A DNA stretch of 64,000 nucleotides from Clostridia bacterium (GTDB lineage: Bacteria; Bacillota; Clostridia; UBA1381), in assembly GCA_022768695.1 (NCBI GenBank), contig JALEPO010000135.1, positions 879 to 64,878 of the forward strand. The letters are read 5' to 3'. Both the position numbers and the translations under genes were made by a program. Positions 61,181 to 64,000 of this stretch are shown here, piece after piece. Every line of letters starts with the position of its first letter. Within the stretch, counting starts at the first letter, position 1. Under the pieces are notes generated by a model, which worked only from the letters and a program-made list of their open reading frames with translations, searched no databases and was not told the DNA's origin.

Positions 61181-61216
61181 GGAAAAATCCTCCTTGGGAC
61201 AAATTCTTCTATATAT

Positions 61217-61245
61217 TTGACAATTTAAAAAATATTTAGTATAAT
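61217..61245 (+). promoter_or_regulatory. Consensus sigma-A promoter (TTGACA-17-TATAAT)
   Basis: TTGACA at 61217-61222 and TATAAT at 61240-61245. Confidence 0.6.
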
Positions 61246-61315
61246 ACAAGTATATTTTAAAATTGGGGATTTGTCAAATAAATTTACAAATTGATTAATA
61301 GAAAGGAAAATAAAG

Positions 61316-62281
61316 ATGAAAAAAATAATTTCTGTTATTTCAGCAGCTGTAATGACACTGTCATTAACTGCTCCGAAAACATTGGCGGCAGAGAGCTGGC
61401 GTGAGGCATTTGTGACAAGATTGATGAAGGTTATGTCTACAGACCCTTCATATACAGACGTAGTTCTTACCGATATTGACCGAAACGGTATTCCGGAGGC
61501 ATTTGTTATAAAAAACAGCGCTGACGGAGGAATTTCAGCCGGCTTTACTATGGTAGGCAATTCAATACAGTCTATAAATGTGCCGAGCGATATTATAGGC
61601 ACCTGTCTTGAGGATATAACCGTATATGACAAAGAGGGCAGATACATATTTGTAGGACGTGAAATCCCGCGTTACAGTGCGGTTATAAATTTTTATAAGC
61701 TTGAGCTTGACGGCGCCGATCTGAAGGCTACCAAAATAAATAAGTCTGACGTAAGTCCGTATCCGACAATCCCGTATGCGGATATGTTTGGCAATAACTT
61801 TATGACAAGCGGCTATCCGAACAGAGCCAAGATAGAGGAATTTGTAAACAGTTATGAAAAAGTAAACAATCTTACCGCGTCTAAATCGACAGCCAAGCTG
61901 CTTGTAGACGGTAAAGAGGTTGAGGTGGCAGGTTATACTGTAAATAACTCCAATTACTATAAAATACGCGATATTGCAATGTTTGTAAGAACTACTCCGG
62001 CAAGATTTAATGTTGAGTGGGATGAAAGTCTGAGCGCTATATCTATTTTAACAGGAGTTAAATATGTAGTAGTAGGCGGAGAATTGGACGATGACAATTC
62101 CTCGGGGCTTAATGTTGAGGAAAATTCAGCGCCGATATATGTTGACGGTGACGAAACTCAGGTTACCGCATATAACATAAACGGTTCAACATATTTTAAA
62201 ATAAGAGATTTGGCGGATTTAGTCGGCTTCAGCGTTGACTGGGACGGTGACGCGCAGGCTATCATTCTTAGAACCGAATAA
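61316..62281 (+). CDS. Secreted protein with two C-terminal stalk (copper amine oxidase N-terminal-like) domains
   Basis: Signal peptide. Two repeats of VDG.E..V..Y..N.S.Y(Y/F)KIRD.A......F.V.WD. Confidence 0.55.
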   Translation: MKKIISVISAAVMTLSLTAPKTLAAESWREAFVTRLMKVMSTDPSYTDVVLTDIDRNGIPEAFVIKNSADGGISAGFTMVGNSIQSINVPSDIIGTCLEDITVYDKEGRYIFVGREIPRYSAVINFYKLELDGADLKATKINKSDVSPYPTIPYADMFGNNFMTSGYPNRAKIEEFVNSYEKVNNLTASKSTAKLLVDGKEVEVAGYTVNNSNYYKIRDIAMFVRTTPARFNVEWDESLSAISILTGVKYVVVGGELDDDNSSGLNVEENSAPIYVDGDETQVTAYNINGSTYFKIRDLADLVGFSVDWDGDAQAIILRTE

Positions 62282-62315
62282 ATAACGGCTGTATGATGAT
62301 TGGGGGCATCGGAGC

Positions 62316-63200
62316 GTGCGTAGGATATTATGGCTGCTGGCGGTTGTATTTTTTGCCGCGGGAATGATTTCCGACACCGTGTTTTTGCAAAACAATATAC
62401 AATTTAGCGAAAACGGCATAAGCGCCGGCAATGCGCCGGTGTATGCAATAAGTACCGAACCGATTTTTGGTGATATATCGCAGAAATTTGTGGCGCACAG
62501 AGGCTATTCAAACGGCGCGCCGGAAAATTCCGTTCCGGCATTTGAGCTTGCGGGACGCTGCGGCTTTTGGGGTATTGAAACTGACATAATTGAAAGTGCC
62601 GACGGAGTTTTTATGTGTATGCATGATGAAACCTTAGAGCGTACTACAGACGGTGTTGGTGCGTTAAGCGATTATACATATGCGCAGCTGATGGATTTTA
62701 ATATAGACAAAGGCTCTAATATTGAGCAGCATCAGGATTTAAAAATACCGACAATGATTGAATATCTTAATATTTGTGTTATAAACGGATGTGTTCCCGT
62801 TATTGAAATTAAGAGCATCAGAAATTATGACGCTTTTTTGGAAACTATTTATAACAGCGGTCTGCAAAATCGTTGTATTGTAACGGGAGGTATGCCGGAT
62901 TTGCTTGAAATTCGAGCGAGAAATGACAGTATACCGCTTATGCCGATAGGATATTCAAACAAAGATTATACATATTATCTTGAGCAGGTTTCGCAGCTTG
63001 CTGATAACAGAGGTATTTTGTATAATTATCCCGTAGTGACGGAGGATGTTGTGCGCATTCTTCACGAGCAGGGAATATACTGCGGAGTATGGTCGCTTGA
63101 TACGGCTGACGAGGCGAAAAAGTTCCTCTCCTACGGTGTGGATTTTGCGGTGACAAATGAAATTCCCGGATTAAATCATATGATAAATGAAAATGAATAA
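62316..63200 (+). CDS. Glycerophosphodiester phosphodiesterase family protein
   Basis: N-terminal TM segment. HRGYSNGAPENS and GIETD motifs. Confidence 0.8.
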   Translation: MRRILWLLAVVFFAAGMISDTVFLQNNIQFSENGISAGNAPVYAISTEPIFGDISQKFVAHRGYSNGAPENSVPAFELAGRCGFWGIETDIIESADGVFMCMHDETLERTTDGVGALSDYTYAQLMDFNIDKGSNIEQHQDLKIPTMIEYLNICVINGCVPVIEIKSIRNYDAFLETIYNSGLQNRCIVTGGMPDLLEIRARNDSIPLMPIGYSNKDYTYYLEQVSQLADNRGILYNYPVVTEDVVRILHEQGIYCGVWSLDTADEAKKFLSYGVDFAVTNEIPGLNHMINENE

Positions 63201-63222
63201 GCGGCTGACTCAGCCGCTTTTT
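63199..63222. terminator. Bidirectional terminator
   Basis: GCGGCTG-ACT-CAGCCGC followed by T5. Confidence 0.7.
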
Positions 63223-63228
63223 GTATGT

Positions 63229-63435
63229 CTATTTTTCATCAGGAATGAATTTTATAACTTCACTTATATCACATTGCAAAATATTGCACAGGTCGTTTAT
63301 GGTAACTGTGCTTATGGGCAAATTGTGTCTTAACCGGTGTATCAGACTGCTGCTTAAATGGTGCTTATTTATAAGCGTATAGGTAGAAATATTTTTCGAT
63401 TTCAGCGTTTCCCAAAACGGCTCATATGTTACCAC
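63229..63435 (-). CDS. XRE-family helix-turn-helix regulator (small)
   Basis: Start trimmed to GTG (rc of 63433-63435), 6 nt after GGAGGGG. The HTH is ISTYTLINKHHLSSSLIHRLRHNLPISTVTINDLCNIL. Confidence 0.65.
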   Translation of the reverse strand: MVTYEPFWETLKSKNISTYTLINKHHLSSSLIHRLRHNLPISTVTINDLCNILQCDISEVIKFIPDEK

Positions 63436-63487
63436 AATATACCCCTCCCCTATGGAATTATAGTTATTATAAAATGTAGTTTTTATC

Positions 63488-63516
63488 TTGACAGTGCTCA
63501 ATATTCAGACTATAAT
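63488..63516 (+). promoter_or_regulatory. Consensus promoter (TTGACA-17-TATAAT) for the M23 peptidase gene, flanked by AGACTATA direct repeats
   Basis: TTGACA at 63488-63493 and TATAAT at 63511-63516. AGACTATA occurs at 63507-63514 and 63525-63532. Confidence 0.55.
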
Positions 63517-63549
63517 CTATTTATAGACTATACAATTGGAGGGATATTT

Positions 63550-64000
63550 TTGAAAAAGAGGATTTTGGGTTTATTTTTATTATTGACAATGATTATTCAA
63601 TGTTTTCCTGTCAACGCAGCAAAAAAAATGGGATATATATGGCCCGTCCCCGGTTATTATATGACTAGTTCCTATACTGGAACTACACAAAATGACCACA
63701 GGGGTATTGATATTGCGACAAGTGGTGTTGCTGCAAATGTTTACGCAGCAAAAAGTGGAACGATAATGGTATTTTATAATAATTGTGAGCATATTTCTCA
63801 AAAAACATCATGTAATGATGGGATTGGAAATGGTATGATGATAGATCATGGCGATGGAACATATACACAGTATGCACATATGACACTGAATTCTTTTCCG
63901 TCAAACATATATGCAGGTGCGCATGTTGAACAAGGACAATTATTAGGACAAGTGGGCAGTTCCGGAATGTCTACTGGTTATCATCTGCATTTTGAGATAA
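63550..64000 (+). CDS. M23-family metallopeptidase (5' part; runs off the window end)
   Basis: Absent from the ORF track because it is open-ended. TTG start 6 nt after GGAGGG. My own translation gives LKKRILGLFLLLTMIIQCFPVNA...HRGIDIA...IDHGDGTYTQYAHM...GSSGMSTGYHLHFEI (HxxxD and HxH motifs). Confidence 0.75.
   Translation, partial: MKKRILGLFLLLTMIIQCFPVNAAKKMGYIWPVPGYYMTSSYTGTTQNDHRGIDIATSGVAANVYAAKSGTIMVFYNNCEHISQKTSCNDGIGNGMMIDHGDGTYTQYAHMTLNSFPSNIYAGAHVEQGQLLGQVGSSGMSTGYHLHFEI

Noticed and set aside
63229-64000. A prophage or mobile-element boundary, suggested by the XRE regulator plus the M23 peptidase.
   Set aside because: The window shows no integrase, recombinase, att-like repeats, tRNA target or phage structural genes. 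Two genes are insufficient evidence.

Overview
This is an AT-rich, densely coded chromosomal segment that looks like a Clostridia-type Firmicute. It is an endospore former (spoIIE, YetF-like and DUF1540 genes) and carries SLH-anchored surface proteins. Gene content, left to right:
- A partial SLH surface protein, a PHP phosphoesterase, a VTC-domain + DUF4956 pair and a Wzx-like flippase.
- An OmpR/HisKA two-component pair and a Nif11-like small protein.
- A TrpXYZ-type ABC importer behind a structured leader.
- A ~9.2-kb bacterial microcompartment (BMC) operon built around a class II aldolase. It encodes the aldolase, a DUF336 protein, an acylating aldehyde dehydrogenase, a Zn-ADH, four BMC-H, PduL, BMC-P, a PduS-like protein and a PduT-like BMC-T. 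A DeoR regulator follows it.
- A secreted protein, an AraC regulator and a 1073-aa SLH protein.
- Lrp + aminotransferase, pyrG and a heterodimeric ABC exporter.
- An orphan 712-aa protein plus a mucin-like membrane protein, then an SLH-anchored GH26-like hydrolase.
- A 250-nt nested inverted-repeat element.
- A YetF-like gene, a DUF6734-like gene plus a Ser/Tyr-repeat protein, and YihY.
- metH, gdhA, ilvE, ilvBNC, a ttcA-like gene and metF.
- A YfcE-like phosphoesterase, spoIIE, DUF1540 and a TIGR01212 radical SAM gene.
- A DHHW + MBOAT pair, a stalk-domain secreted protein, GDPD, an XRE regulator and a partial M23 peptidase.

I recognised no rRNA, tRNA, CRISPR array, transposase or integrase.

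The most interesting observations are:
1. A TRAP-style NAG triplet array on a strict 5-nt register overlaps an antiterminator upstream of the ABC importer.
2. The aldolase-type BMC locus has four encapsulation-peptide cargos, Cys-rich linkers, a PduS/PduT redox pair and a shell protein with an AT-hook-like tail. It sits behind helically phased direct repeats.
3. An uncharacterised 712-aa protein and a mucin-like membrane protein are coupled to the ABC exporter.
4. A 250-nt multi-stem element lies at 39114-39363.
5. A Ser-Tyr/Phe repeat protein is paired with a DxD transferase-like protein.
6. An orphan promoter and a strand-specific terminator lie in the 0.5-kb gap upstream of metF.

All functional calls rest on motif recognition by eye; no database search was run.
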